In this document: one piece after another, positions 1 through 9,106 of the stretch
Layout of the letters: each line of letters opens with the position of its first letter
How positions within the stretch are numbered: position 1 is the stretch's first letter
The notes under the pieces: model-generated
Databases searched by the model: none
Told to the model about the DNA's origin: nothing
What the model saw: only the letters and a program-made list of their open reading frames with translations
From: Desulfobacterales bacterium
Lineage (GTDB): Bacteria > Desulfobacterota > Desulfobacteria > Desulfobacterales > UBA5852
Length of the DNA stretch: 64,000 bases
Direction: 5' to 3'
Assembly (NCBI GenBank): GCA_963674755.2
Contig: CAXXVS010000002.1
Coordinates: 1,120,001-1,184,000, forward strand
Translations under genes and position numbers: made by a program

Positions 1-993
1 GCAGGGGGTTATGACCAGCGTCGTCAAAGCGGCGAAACAGGGGTCTACACCCATGCCGGAGCTTATTGCCGCCACGAGGGGTTTCGACTGCGAACCGTCT
101 GCGATATCGATCCGCAAAAAGCCCTGGCCTTCAGGCAAACCTGGGGCGTCGAACGTTGGACCACCCGCCTCCGGGATCTGACGGACGACTTCCACGACGT
201 GATCAGCATCTGTACGCCCGACAAGACCCATGCCGCTCTTCTCCTGGCACTCATCGAAAGCCGTTGCTGCCGTTCGATTCTGGTTGAGAAACCTCTGGCC
301 ATGAATTGCAGGCAGATGGCCAAAATTATCACGATGGCTCAGGAGGCCGGCATTCAGGTGGTGGTCAATTACCAGCGTCGTTTTGAGCGAACCTACGAGG
401 ACCTTCGCCTTAGCATCGGAACGGACAGCCAACGTCCACGTCTGCTTGCGGCCAATGCGCATTATGTCAAGGGGCTGCTGCACATCGGCACCACCATGAT
501 CGACACGTTGACGGCAATATGCAGTTACCCGCGCCAAGTGCTGGCCTTCAACCGGGTTTGGAATGGTGAGATCAAGGCCTACACCTACGATTTCGTGATG
601 TTCTACCCCGACTTTAGTATTTGCGTGACCACCATCGATTCCGCCCGTGATCGCTATAACTATCACATATTCGAACTCGATTTCCTGCTGCGGGACGGCC
701 GCATCACCCTGACCGACTGCACGCGCTGCAAAGAGACGCGACCCCTGACAACTTTTGCCTACGACGGTGTGAAGGTCATCGATGACGGCCATCCGGTATG
801 CGAACGCACCGATTTCGACCACGCCATGGAAAATGCCATCGTCTATCTCCATGACATCACCACCGGTAAAAGACAGCATAGCGTCAATCGGCCGGAACAC
901 TCCTACAATAATGGTCTTATCATAGAAAAAATAATGCTTTCCTATCGCCTGGGTGCCAAGCTCACCCTGAAGGAGACCGAATGGATGCTGTGA
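1..993 (+). CDS. Gfo/Idh/MocA family oxidoreductase (5'-truncated by window edge)
   Basis: Frame 1 is open from base 1 (AGGYDQ...THAGAY...VCDID). Contains the family motifs ISICTPDKTH, LVEKPLA and VNYQRRF. Confidence 0.85.
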   Translation, partial: AGGYDQRRQSGETGVYTHAGAYCRHEGFRLRTVCDIDPQKALAFRQTWGVERWTTRLRDLTDDFHDVISICTPDKTHAALLLALIESRCCRSILVEKPLAMNCRQMAKIITMAQEAGIQVVVNYQRRFERTYEDLRLSIGTDSQRPRLLAANAHYVKGLLHIGTTMIDTLTAICSYPRQVLAFNRVWNGEIKAYTYDFVMFYPDFSICVTTIDSARDRYNYHIFELDFLLRDGRITLTDCTRCKETRPLTTFAYDGVKVIDDGHPVCERTDFDHAMENAIVYLHDITTGKRQHSVNRPEHSYNNGLIIEKIMLSYRLGAKLTLKETEWML

Positions 994-2225
994 GAACCAA
1001 ACCATTTCCGCCCTACAACCCGATCGGCCCGGAGGAAGCTGAAGCGGCCCGCCGCGTGGTGGCCGGCGGCATCTTATCCGATTTTATCGCCCGCGGGGGC
1101 GATCATTTTTGCGGGGGCCCACAGGTTCGCGAATTCGAATCGCGTTGGGCCGATTTCCATGGCGTCAAGCACGCCGTCTCGTTCAATTCAGCCACGTCGG
1201 GACTCATTGCGGCGCTGGGTGCCCTGGAGGTACTGCCCGGCGATGAGATCCTGGTGATCGGATACAGCATGTGCATTTCGGCAACCGTGCCGCTGTTTTA
1301 CGATGCCATCCCCGTCTTCGTGGATATTGAGCCGGACTACTACGGCATGGACCCGGCACACATCGAAGCGCACATAACACCGCGCACCAGAGTCATCCTG
1401 CCTGTAGATCTCTTCGGACAATCGGTCGACATGGATCGTATCAATACGATCGCCCGCAAGCATGGCCTCAAGGTGTTGAACGACGCCTCGCACGTCCCGG
1501 GCTGCCGCTATAGGGAGGGATTTGCGGGCACCTATGGTCATATCGGGGTGTTCAGCCTGAATCAACACAAGATCATCCATTGCGGTGAGGGAGGCGTGGC
1601 GGTTACCGACGATGACGACCTGGCCCTTCGACTCCAGTTGATCCGCAATCATGCCGAGGCGGTTGTCAGCGATATGGCCTACGGCAATCTGACCAACATG
1701 CTGGGAACCAATACCCGCATGGGTGAAGTGGAGGCCGCCATTGCCATCGAACAGCTCCGCAAGCTGCCCCGCCTGCTTGAACAGCGCATCCGCTTGTCGA
1801 CCTATCTAACGAAACGTCTATCGCGCCTGGAGTATCTGACGCCCCCAGCCGTGCGGCCTTCCAGCGAGCACGTATATTATCTTTATCCCATACGCTACCA
1901 TGCGGAGGCTACAGGGATCAGCCGCGCACGCTTCGTACGGAATTTGCGCACGCTCGGCATCCCCATCCACAAATTTGCCGAAGGCTATATCCGCCCCCTC
2001 TATCTCGAACCCATCTTTCAGCACCGGGACGCCCTTAAAAACGGCTATCCCTACAAGCTGCGGCCGGAATCGGAACGGCCACACTATTCAGAAGGTCTCT
2101 GCCCGGTTCAGGAGCGCTTGTATAGGGATGAAATGATCATAACCGCCTATAACTACCCGCCTCTCGAGATCTCCGACATGGAAGATGTCGTCAAAGCGTT
2201 TGAACGCGCGGGGTCGATGCCATGA
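981..2225 (+). CDS. DegT/DnrJ/EryC1/StrS family PLP-dependent sugar aminotransferase
   Basis: Motifs NSATSGL, PVFVDIE, PVDLFG, NDASH and FSLNQHKIIHCGEGG (PLP lysine). Confidence 0.92.
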   Translation: MDAVRTKPFPPYNPIGPEEAEAARRVVAGGILSDFIARGGDHFCGGPQVREFESRWADFHGVKHAVSFNSATSGLIAALGALEVLPGDEILVIGYSMCISATVPLFYDAIPVFVDIEPDYYGMDPAHIEAHITPRTRVILPVDLFGQSVDMDRINTIARKHGLKVLNDASHVPGCRYREGFAGTYGHIGVFSLNQHKIIHCGEGGVAVTDDDDLALRLQLIRNHAEAVVSDMAYGNLTNMLGTNTRMGEVEAAIAIEQLRKLPRLLEQRIRLSTYLTKRLSRLEYLTPPAVRPSSEHVYYLYPIRYHAEATGISRARFVRNLRTLGIPIHKFAEGYIRPLYLEPIFQHRDALKNGYPYKLRPESERPHYSEGLCPVQERLYRDEMIITAYNYPPLEISDMEDVVKAFERAGSMP

Positions 2226-3202
2226 GCCTTAACCATCTTGAAGCCTATAACCAGGACCTGCATGCCTATCTATTGGCGGTGGCATCCTATGCCCGTGAAC
2301 TTGGCACTCAAAACCTAACGTACCGTCCATGCCCCGTCTGTCGAGGAACCGATCTTTCCGGTTTCGCTCATAACGGATTTTTCAACTATGACCGCTGCGA
2401 TCAATGTGGGCTCGTTTTCATGAATCCCACCTTCCCTCCGGAACAAGTCAACGAAGGGTTTAAAGGGGAGGACGCTCTCCTGATGCAGTACTTCCAGCTT
2501 ATGATCAAATACAAGCAGCCGCTGCGTACCACCATCGAAGATCCCATGCAGGACGGGCAGCTAAAAGATATTTTTTCGTTTAAAAAGCAGGGACGCCTGC
2601 TCGATATCGGCTGTTCGGTGGGTGACTTTCTGCACAGGGCCAAACACTATTACGATGTCGAAGGAATCGAGGTTAATCCATATACCGCTGATGTAGCGGC
2701 CGATCATTTCAGAATCCACCGCGACTATCTGGGGAATCTTGCCTTGGGCAAAGACTACGATATTGTCACCTTGAACCAGATATTGTACGGCGTTCCTTCG
2801 CCTGTGGACTTATTGAATGAAATCCGTGCCGTGCTAAAGGAGGACGGTATCCTCTATGTCAACACGCCCAATGCTGACGCCTATGCGGTTCAGCTTTACG
2901 GCGGCCGCTGCAATCATCTTTACGGATATACCACTCAGCATGTTTTCAGCCATAGCGCACTGGCCAAACTGGCAGCCTGTTGCGGCTTTAAATTAGCTTC
3001 TTTCCGCACTGAATGGCTCGATATCTACTTGACGGATCTTTTAGTTTTCCTGGACGAACCGGATCATTTCATCCATCGGCGCAATGCCCAGGTACTAGAT
3101 TACGCGGACAGGATTCGCCGGGAGGAAGAACTGATTCGTCACATGAATTTGGAGCTTGGCCATCGGGGCAATTATCTCGTGGCCGTTCTGGTGAGACAAT
3201 GA
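2222..3202 (+). CDS. Class I SAM-dependent methyltransferase with N-terminal Cys4 zinc ribbon
   Basis: CPVC...CDQC; motif I LLDIGCSVG; LKEDGILYVNTPN. ATGA overlap with upstream gene. Confidence 0.85.
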   Translation: MSLNHLEAYNQDLHAYLLAVASYARELGTQNLTYRPCPVCRGTDLSGFAHNGFFNYDRCDQCGLVFMNPTFPPEQVNEGFKGEDALLMQYFQLMIKYKQPLRTTIEDPMQDGQLKDIFSFKKQGRLLDIGCSVGDFLHRAKHYYDVEGIEVNPYTADVAADHFRIHRDYLGNLALGKDYDIVTLNQILYGVPSPVDLLNEIRAVLKEDGILYVNTPNADAYAVQLYGGRCNHLYGYTTQHVFSHSALAKLAACCGFKLASFRTEWLDIYLTDLLVFLDEPDHFIHRRNAQVLDYADRIRREEELIRHMNLELGHRGNYLVAVLVRQ

Positions 3203-4293
3203 CGACCCCGCGCGTGCTATTTTTCAGTTGTGAAGCCGGTGGTGCGGAAGTACTGATACCTGTCGTCCGCCTTCTGGAAGCCCACGGTGGATACCATGTT
3301 ACCGTCGCCTGCTACGGCCATGCGCTTTCGCGCTTCACCCGCCGCAAAATTTCCTGCGCGACCCTTCAGCCCGTGCTCCGGGACGATGACGCATGGGTCG
3401 AAAGGTTCCGGCCGGATCTCCTGATAACATCGGCCACCAGCCTGCCGGCCGAAGACATGTCGGAAAAACATCTATGGCAGCACGCGCGCATGAACGGTAT
3501 ACCGTCCCTGGCCTTTCTGGACCAATGGCAAAATTACGCATTGCGCTTTTCCGGCCCCCGACCGAACGAGGGCCTGCGGTTTCAACCTGATTTTATCAAT
3601 TGCCTGAATCAAATCGGACATCAGGAAATGACAGCGGCCGGATTCGAAGCCCGGCGTCTGCTTATGCTGGGGCACCCCTATCTCGACAGTCTGCCGGCCG
3701 CCGCTGCCCGACTTGATCTTGAGGCGATCCGCAAAACGATGGGAATTGGGCTTTCCCGGCATGCTCTGCTTTTCGTATCGGAACCCATCCATGAGTACTG
3801 CGGTCTTTCGCGCGGCTACGATCAGTATACCATCCTGGAGAGCTTGCTGGAATGCTCGAAGAAGATGTCGCCGCCACCGGAGGTTTTGATCAAACTGCAT
3901 CCGAAGGACAATCCGGAACACTACCGAACTCTCCTATCGAGATTTAAAAACGATAGGGTGCATTTGCTCGACGCTTCGGTTAACCCCTTGCAGTGTATTG
4001 TCGCCGTCGATCGGGTTTATGGGATAAGTTCGGTGATGTTGCTGGAATCCTATGTTTTGGGCAAAGAAACCTTTTCGATTCAACCGAATTTGCAGATTGA
4101 TGATCCCTGCGTATTGTCCAAGTATGGTTATATCAAACGACTGGAAGTGATAAATTCGGTCACGATGACTGATAACGGCGGGGCAGGCGAAATGCCATTT
4201 GATTACCGTTTTGATGCCCATGCCTTTTTGTCGATCGTGATGAGGCTGGTTGCTCCGCCTTGGGGAGATTATTCGCCCGGCCGGCAATCTTGA
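3199..4293 (+). CDS. GT-B-fold polysaccharide biosynthesis protein (glycosyl/phosphotransferase-like)
   Basis: ATG at 3199 overlaps the upstream stop. FLDQW, GHPYLD, IKLHPK and GISSVMLLES resemble GT-B capsule/sialyltransferase-like proteins. Confidence 0.6.
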   Translation: MTTPRVLFFSCEAGGAEVLIPVVRLLEAHGGYHVTVACYGHALSRFTRRKISCATLQPVLRDDDAWVERFRPDLLITSATSLPAEDMSEKHLWQHARMNGIPSLAFLDQWQNYALRFSGPRPNEGLRFQPDFINCLNQIGHQEMTAAGFEARRLLMLGHPYLDSLPAAAARLDLEAIRKTMGIGLSRHALLFVSEPIHEYCGLSRGYDQYTILESLLECSKKMSPPPEVLIKLHPKDNPEHYRTLLSRFKNDRVHLLDASVNPLQCIVAVDRVYGISSVMLLESYVLGKETFSIQPNLQIDDPCVLSKYGYIKRLEVINSVTMTDNGGAGEMPFDYRFDAHAFLSIVMRLVAPPWGDYSPGRQS

Positions 4294-4606
4294 TCCTTGA
4301 CTGCCAAAATATTGACATCGGCCAAAAGAATTATGAGAAGCTGTGCTGTTGTTCCGGGTATTATCATCCCCCTTCTACGACCAAACCCGATCTCAGGAGC
4401 GTGTTTTCCTCCACCAGCGCTGAGTTCCCGCTGTTCACCACCGTCCTACCTTTGACCAGTCAATACGCGTCGGCGGGACCGCGCCGGTTATTCCACAATG
4501 GCATGTAAATTGCTTTTCCTTGTCGCTGACCGGTTCATCTCTCAGGCCGGAACCGTACCGCAATATTCGCAGCGAAGAACGCTATCTGGCATTTAAAAGG
4601 GCTCAT

Positions 4607-5236
4607 ATGAATATCCTGGCAATCGGAGCGCATTTTGACGATATCGAACTCGGGTGCGGCGGAGCGCTGGCCAAACACGTTCATGATGGCGATGCAGTTT
4701 TTGCCTACGTGGCCACCGTCTCAGGTTTCACCAGTCATGACCACAGGGTCATCCGTACGAATGAGGTGGCACGCAAAGAAGGGCGCAGTGCCATGGAGGT
4801 CCTCGGCATCACCCTTTTCGAAGGCCGGTTTCCCACCCTGAAAATCGAGTTCTCCGAAGCGTTGAACGCTGATATCTTGGCCATTGTCGAAAAGCATCAT
4901 ATCGACAGAGTTTACACCCATTGGACAGGCGATATTCATCACGACCACCAGGCCGTGGCTCAGGCTTCGCTGCACAGCTGCCGGCATGTCCCCTGCCTTC
5001 TGATGTACCGCAGCAACTGGTACCACTCCCCGCACGATTTCCACGGGAATTTCTATGTCGATATAACCCCCTACTGGTCCATCAAGGTGAAATCAATCAA
5101 AGCTCATGCTTCCGAACTGGAACGCACGCGTCACAAATGGCTGAGCTTTTTTGAAAACGAGGCCGAAAATGCGGGGCAGCGCATCGGTGTTCGTTATGCG
5201 GAAATTTTCGAGGTGGTCAAATGGCTGGAAAGATAG
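4607..5236 (+). CDS. PIG-L/LmbE family deacetylase
   Basis: GAHFDDIELGCGG and HHDH metal-binding motifs; ATG at 4607. Confidence 0.9.
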   Translation: MNILAIGAHFDDIELGCGGALAKHVHDGDAVFAYVATVSGFTSHDHRVIRTNEVARKEGRSAMEVLGITLFEGRFPTLKIEFSEALNADILAIVEKHHIDRVYTHWTGDIHHDHQAVAQASLHSCRHVPCLLMYRSNWYHSPHDFHGNFYVDITPYWSIKVKSIKAHASELERTRHKWLSFFENEAENAGQRIGVRYAEIFEVVKWLER

Positions 5237-6339
5237 CGAGCGGACCTACCCAGAGTTCAACTGAACCGTTTCGCTCGACCGGTACCGGTATGGCGCCTGA
5301 TGTATTTAAAAGCGATTCAGGGCCGCTGATCATAGCCGGCCCCTGCAGTGCCGAAACGGAAGCTCAGGTTCTGGCAACGGCCTGCCAGTTATCGGAAATC
5401 GGGCGGATCGACATTTTCCGGGCAGGCTTGTGGAAGCCCCGCACCCGGCCCAATAGTTTTGAAGGGGTGGGCCAACAGGGACTGCCCTGGCTGAAAAAGG
5501 CGAAAGCCCTGACCCATTTAAAGACCGCTACGGAAGCGGCCAATGCGCATCATATCGAACACTGCTTGGAACAAGGGATCGATTTCATCTGGATCGGCGC
5601 ACGGACGACCGTGAATCCCTTCCTGATCGAGGACATCGCGGAAGCATTACGGGGTGCCGATGTCCCCGTTCTCGTCAAAAATCCCATCAATCCCCAGATC
5701 GATCTCTGGATAGGGGCGATCGAGCGTCTCTATCGAAAAGGCGTTCGGCAAATTGCCGCCGTTCATCGGGGTTTCAGCCACAGCGCCCCCGGCAAATTGC
5801 GCTACGACCCCGCCTGGATGATTCCCATCGAGCTCAAACGTCATTTGCCGCATATCCCTCTGATATGCGACCCGAGCCACATGGCCGGCCAACGGGAGCT
5901 TATAAAGCCTTTAGCCCAGATGGCACTCGATTTCGGGATGGAGGGTTTGATGATCGAAAGCCATGTCCATCCAGCCCAAGCCTTCAGCGATACGGCGCAG
6001 CAACTGGAGCCCGTGCAGTTAAAGCGTCTGCTGTCCGACCTGGTAGTCCGCCGTCCGGGGACGCAGGGCCATGGCATCGACCAGGCCCTGGATACGTTGC
6101 GAAACCAGATCAACCTGACGGATACGCAAATCATCAATGCGCTCAGCAAACGAATGGGGTTGGTCCGTGAAATAGGCCACCTCAAACGCACCCACAATAT
6201 TCCGGTTTTTCAGCTGGAGCGATGGGATGCGCTCCAGAATGAACGCATATCCCAGGGATGCCGGGCCGGACTGGAAGATTACTTCATCAAAGGCCTTTTT
6301 GACCTTATTCATGCCCATTCCGTCGAGGCGCAGTTCTAG
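5221..6339 (+). CDS. Bifunctional DAHP synthase (class I-beta) / C-terminal AroQ chorismate mutase
   Basis: IAGPCSAE, RAGLWKPRTRP.SFEG, WIGARTT, ICDPSH, GLMIESH; C-terminal LDTLRNQI..TD.QII..LSKRM. True start may be 5290. Confidence 0.9.
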   Translation: MAGKIASGPTQSSTEPFRSTGTGMAPDVFKSDSGPLIIAGPCSAETEAQVLATACQLSEIGRIDIFRAGLWKPRTRPNSFEGVGQQGLPWLKKAKALTHLKTATEAANAHHIEHCLEQGIDFIWIGARTTVNPFLIEDIAEALRGADVPVLVKNPINPQIDLWIGAIERLYRKGVRQIAAVHRGFSHSAPGKLRYDPAWMIPIELKRHLPHIPLICDPSHMAGQRELIKPLAQMALDFGMEGLMIESHVHPAQAFSDTAQQLEPVQLKRLLSDLVVRRPGTQGHGIDQALDTLRNQINLTDTQIINALSKRMGLVREIGHLKRTHNIPVFQLERWDALQNERISQGCRAGLEDYFIKGLFDLIHAHSVEAQF

Positions 6340-6369
6340 TGGGCGCACGTTGTCTGAAAGGAAACGCTT

Positions 6370-7083
6370 ATGACCTCCGTTGGTGACACCATCGAATCCG
6401 GCAATGCCCGCTGGTCGTTTGGCGGCAGTGTTTGCGACATATTTGATCAACACGTGCGCAAATCGGTCCCCCTTTACGATCTAGGTCATTCCCTCGTCTG
6501 TCAGCTCAGTGATTTTTTTATCTACGAGAACGCGGTCTGTTACGAGTTGGGATGTTCCACCGGCGAGCTGCTGATTCAGCTTGCCTCGCGGAACGCCGAC
6601 AAGGCGGGGGCACGCTTTATCGGCATCGATAAAGAAGCAAACATGATCCAAAAGGCGGTCGACAAAAGCAGGGATCTTACCAATATCCAATTCGTTTGCG
6701 ACGATGTCCTACACCATGAATACGAGAAAGCCGACATGATCGTGGCCTATTACACGATCCAATTCATCCGCCCGGCGAAGCGTCAGACGCTGTTCGATAC
6801 GGTCTATCAGGCCTTGAATTGGGGCGGCGCCTTTCTGCTCTTCGAAAAAGTGCGCGGCCCCGACGCACGTTTTCAGGACATCATTTCCACCATGTACAGC
6901 GACTATAAAATCGAGCAGGGATATTCGGAAGCCGAGATCGTCAATAAAACACGGAGCCTGAAAGGCGTTCTCGAACCGTTTTCCACCCAGGGGAATCTGG
7001 ACCTGCTCAGCCGCGCCGGCTTCAAGGACTATATGACCCTGATGAAATCGATGTGTTTCGAAGGGTTTTTTGCGATTAAGTAG
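6370..7083 (+). CDS. CmoA-like SAM-dependent protein (carboxy-SAM synthase-like)
   Basis: WSF...FDQHVRKSVPLY, YELGCSTG, YTIQF, GGAFLLFEK, GYSEAEI.NK and AGF match the CmoA family layout. Confidence 0.75.
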   Translation: MTSVGDTIESGNARWSFGGSVCDIFDQHVRKSVPLYDLGHSLVCQLSDFFIYENAVCYELGCSTGELLIQLASRNADKAGARFIGIDKEANMIQKAVDKSRDLTNIQFVCDDVLHHEYEKADMIVAYYTIQFIRPAKRQTLFDTVYQALNWGGAFLLFEKVRGPDARFQDIISTMYSDYKIEQGYSEAEIVNKTRSLKGVLEPFSTQGNLDLLSRAGFKDYMTLMKSMCFEGFFAIK

Positions 7084-7095
7084 GATGAGCCCGCC

Positions 7096-7926
7096 ATGCT
7101 GATCGAATACGCCAATTTGAAATTCGGCTACCATGATGAAGGCTGGGACCTGGCTTTCCGGGACCGGGATATCGATCAATACCGTTTCCGACTGCTGATA
7201 AACGATCATACGATTCACTCGGTTTTCAAAGAAATCTACATGATCGTTGCGGATTTGCGGGCCGCCGGGCGGCCGGTTACCATGCTGGACGTGGGTTGCG
7301 GCACCGGCCACCAAATTGCCAGCCTCGCCTATCTTTGTGACCGCAGCGTCGGATTTGATATTTCGCCGGCCGTCATCGAAAACAATCGCTGTCTGAATAC
7401 GACGACCGAATATATCCTAGGCGACGCTCTCCGCCACCCGTCCTTCAAAGAGCCCTTCACGGTTGTTCTCATGGCGGGTGTTCTCTACAGCATCGACGGG
7501 CGTCGCGAAACGCATTTGCGCATCCTGCGGGAGGTGCACCGCGCCCTGGCGGATGAGGGCACCTTCGTTTTTTATCACCGCGGGTATCTCAGTCTGGTCA
7601 AATACCTGGATTTGCGCATCAGGGCCCTGCGGGACCGCATCATGAAAAACCAAAAGCGCGACTATGCCATGTGCTATTTCGATGATCGCTACATTCGTTC
7701 CTTGTGCGATCAGGTCGGGTTCGAAATTATTCGTTCGCGCAAATCCGACTTCGCCTACTATCTGTGCAATACGATTTTCAAAAAAATCCTGACGAGGCCG
7801 TCGCCCAACGTCTGGGACAGTTTCGCCAATCTGAACCTATTGGGGCGGTTTGTTTACATCGTCGCCAAATATGCCATGCCGTTTCTGTGCGCACGCAGTT
7901 CCACTTTCATCCTGAAAAAAGCGTGA
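7096..7926 (+). CDS. Class I SAM-dependent methyltransferase
   Basis: MLDVGCGTG, GFDIS, EVHRALADEG. Confidence 0.85.
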   Translation: MLIEYANLKFGYHDEGWDLAFRDRDIDQYRFRLLINDHTIHSVFKEIYMIVADLRAAGRPVTMLDVGCGTGHQIASLAYLCDRSVGFDISPAVIENNRCLNTTTEYILGDALRHPSFKEPFTVVLMAGVLYSIDGRRETHLRILREVHRALADEGTFVFYHRGYLSLVKYLDLRIRALRDRIMKNQKRDYAMCYFDDRYIRSLCDQVGFEIIRSRKSDFAYYLCNTIFKKILTRPSPNVWDSFANLNLLGRFVYIVAKYAMPFLCARSSTFILKKA

Positions 7927-7951
7927 TCGCAGGAAGGTTGTAAACGGCCGC

Positions 7952-9046
7952 ATGACCATTGGGAGACGTATTTTGGACACTTTGCAAATTCTCGAGAAAA
8001 ACCGTTCGCTACACCATCGGCATGCAGGCCAGCGCTGCTTTCTGATCGGCAACGGACCTTCGATCGCCGCCCAAGATCTGGTCGCGCTACGTCATGAGAT
8101 CAAAATCTGTTTCAACAGCTTCTACAAACATCCGCACTGCCAAGAAATCGCCCCCGATTACTGGATGGCGGCCGATCCCGCGATTTGGCAAAATAAAAAC
8201 CAATTTCTTCTTCCGCTCTTGGAAGCCGTGGAATCCGCAGGCATCGTGACCAAGCTTTTTTTCCCCCTTTGGGGTTCGGTCAAGGTCGGCGGCAGCCGCT
8301 TCCTCGATATCCATTACTTCTCCTATGATCAGGCAAGCCGCCATTTGACTACCAACATCGATTTCTGCACCGGTATCCCCCCCTTTGCCCAGAACGTGAT
8401 GCTCGTGGGTATGATGCTGGCTTTCTACCTGGGCTGCAATCCGATCATCATCCTCGGTGCCGATCATACCTGGTGGGAGTGGACCCGTGACGAATACGCC
8501 GGCAAAGAAACGCCCCATTTTTTTAAAAACGACTATAGTCCCATATCGAAACGCTATTCTTTTGATATCCTCCAGTCCACCATTGCCGTACAGCGCTATC
8601 AATACCGGCAACTTCAGAAATATGCCGCTCTTCGCGGTTTCGAGATATACAATGCAACCCCCCACTCCGCCCTGGATATCTTTCCCCGCATCGATTTCGA
8701 CACCCTGCGCTTCGCTGCTCACAGCCCCTATGTGGACCACGGCCATCCGTCCTGCTCGCCGGCGCCGGCCCAAGAGCTTGGCGCCGCGGCCCTCGGTCTG
8801 ATCGGGGCGGGACGCTATGTGCCGGCTTTGGCTCTTATCGATGAAGCACGGCGGCGGAACATCAACCGCTCCTCGAAGGTGCAGGGTCTGGATTATCTGC
8901 GCTCCCTGTGCCTGGCAGGCTTGGGTGAAAATCACGAAGCGCTCATCGCGGCCCACCAGGATTTTATCAGCAACCCCGCCAATCGCGGAAATGCGGGAAA
9001 TCTTCTGCGCGCCTTGGGGGATCGCAGCGTCAACCTTGCCGATTAA
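7952..9046 (+). CDS. Maf/DUF115 (MptE-like) domain protein, putative flagellin glycosylation factor, with C-terminal TPR-like region
   Basis: RCFLIGNGPS, PDYWMAAD, AFYLGCNPIIILGAD and IYNAT motifs; flagellin-island context. Confidence 0.75.
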   Translation: MTIGRRILDTLQILEKNRSLHHRHAGQRCFLIGNGPSIAAQDLVALRHEIKICFNSFYKHPHCQEIAPDYWMAADPAIWQNKNQFLLPLLEAVESAGIVTKLFFPLWGSVKVGGSRFLDIHYFSYDQASRHLTTNIDFCTGIPPFAQNVMLVGMMLAFYLGCNPIIILGADHTWWEWTRDEYAGKETPHFFKNDYSPISKRYSFDILQSTIAVQRYQYRQLQKYAALRGFEIYNATPHSALDIFPRIDFDTLRFAAHSPYVDHGHPSCSPAPAQELGAAALGLIGAGRYVPALALIDEARRRNINRSSKVQGLDYLRSLCLAGLGENHEALIAAHQDFISNPANRGNAGNLLRALGDRSVNLAD

Positions 9047-9106
9047 ACGACTGCATGGTGCGGACCATGCCGTTTGTCGTGTTATCCCGCTTAAAGAGGT
9101 CAGATT

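Noticed and set aside
4260..4606. ORF 4260-4508 and a TTGACA at 4312 as a gene or promoter
   Set aside because: The ORF has no recognisable motif or RBS, and no well-spaced -10 box was found.
9056..9070. Possible sigma54 promoter TGGTGC-N5-ATGC before the giant gene
   Set aside because: GG/GC spacing fits but the match to TGGCAC-N5-TTGC is too weak to call.
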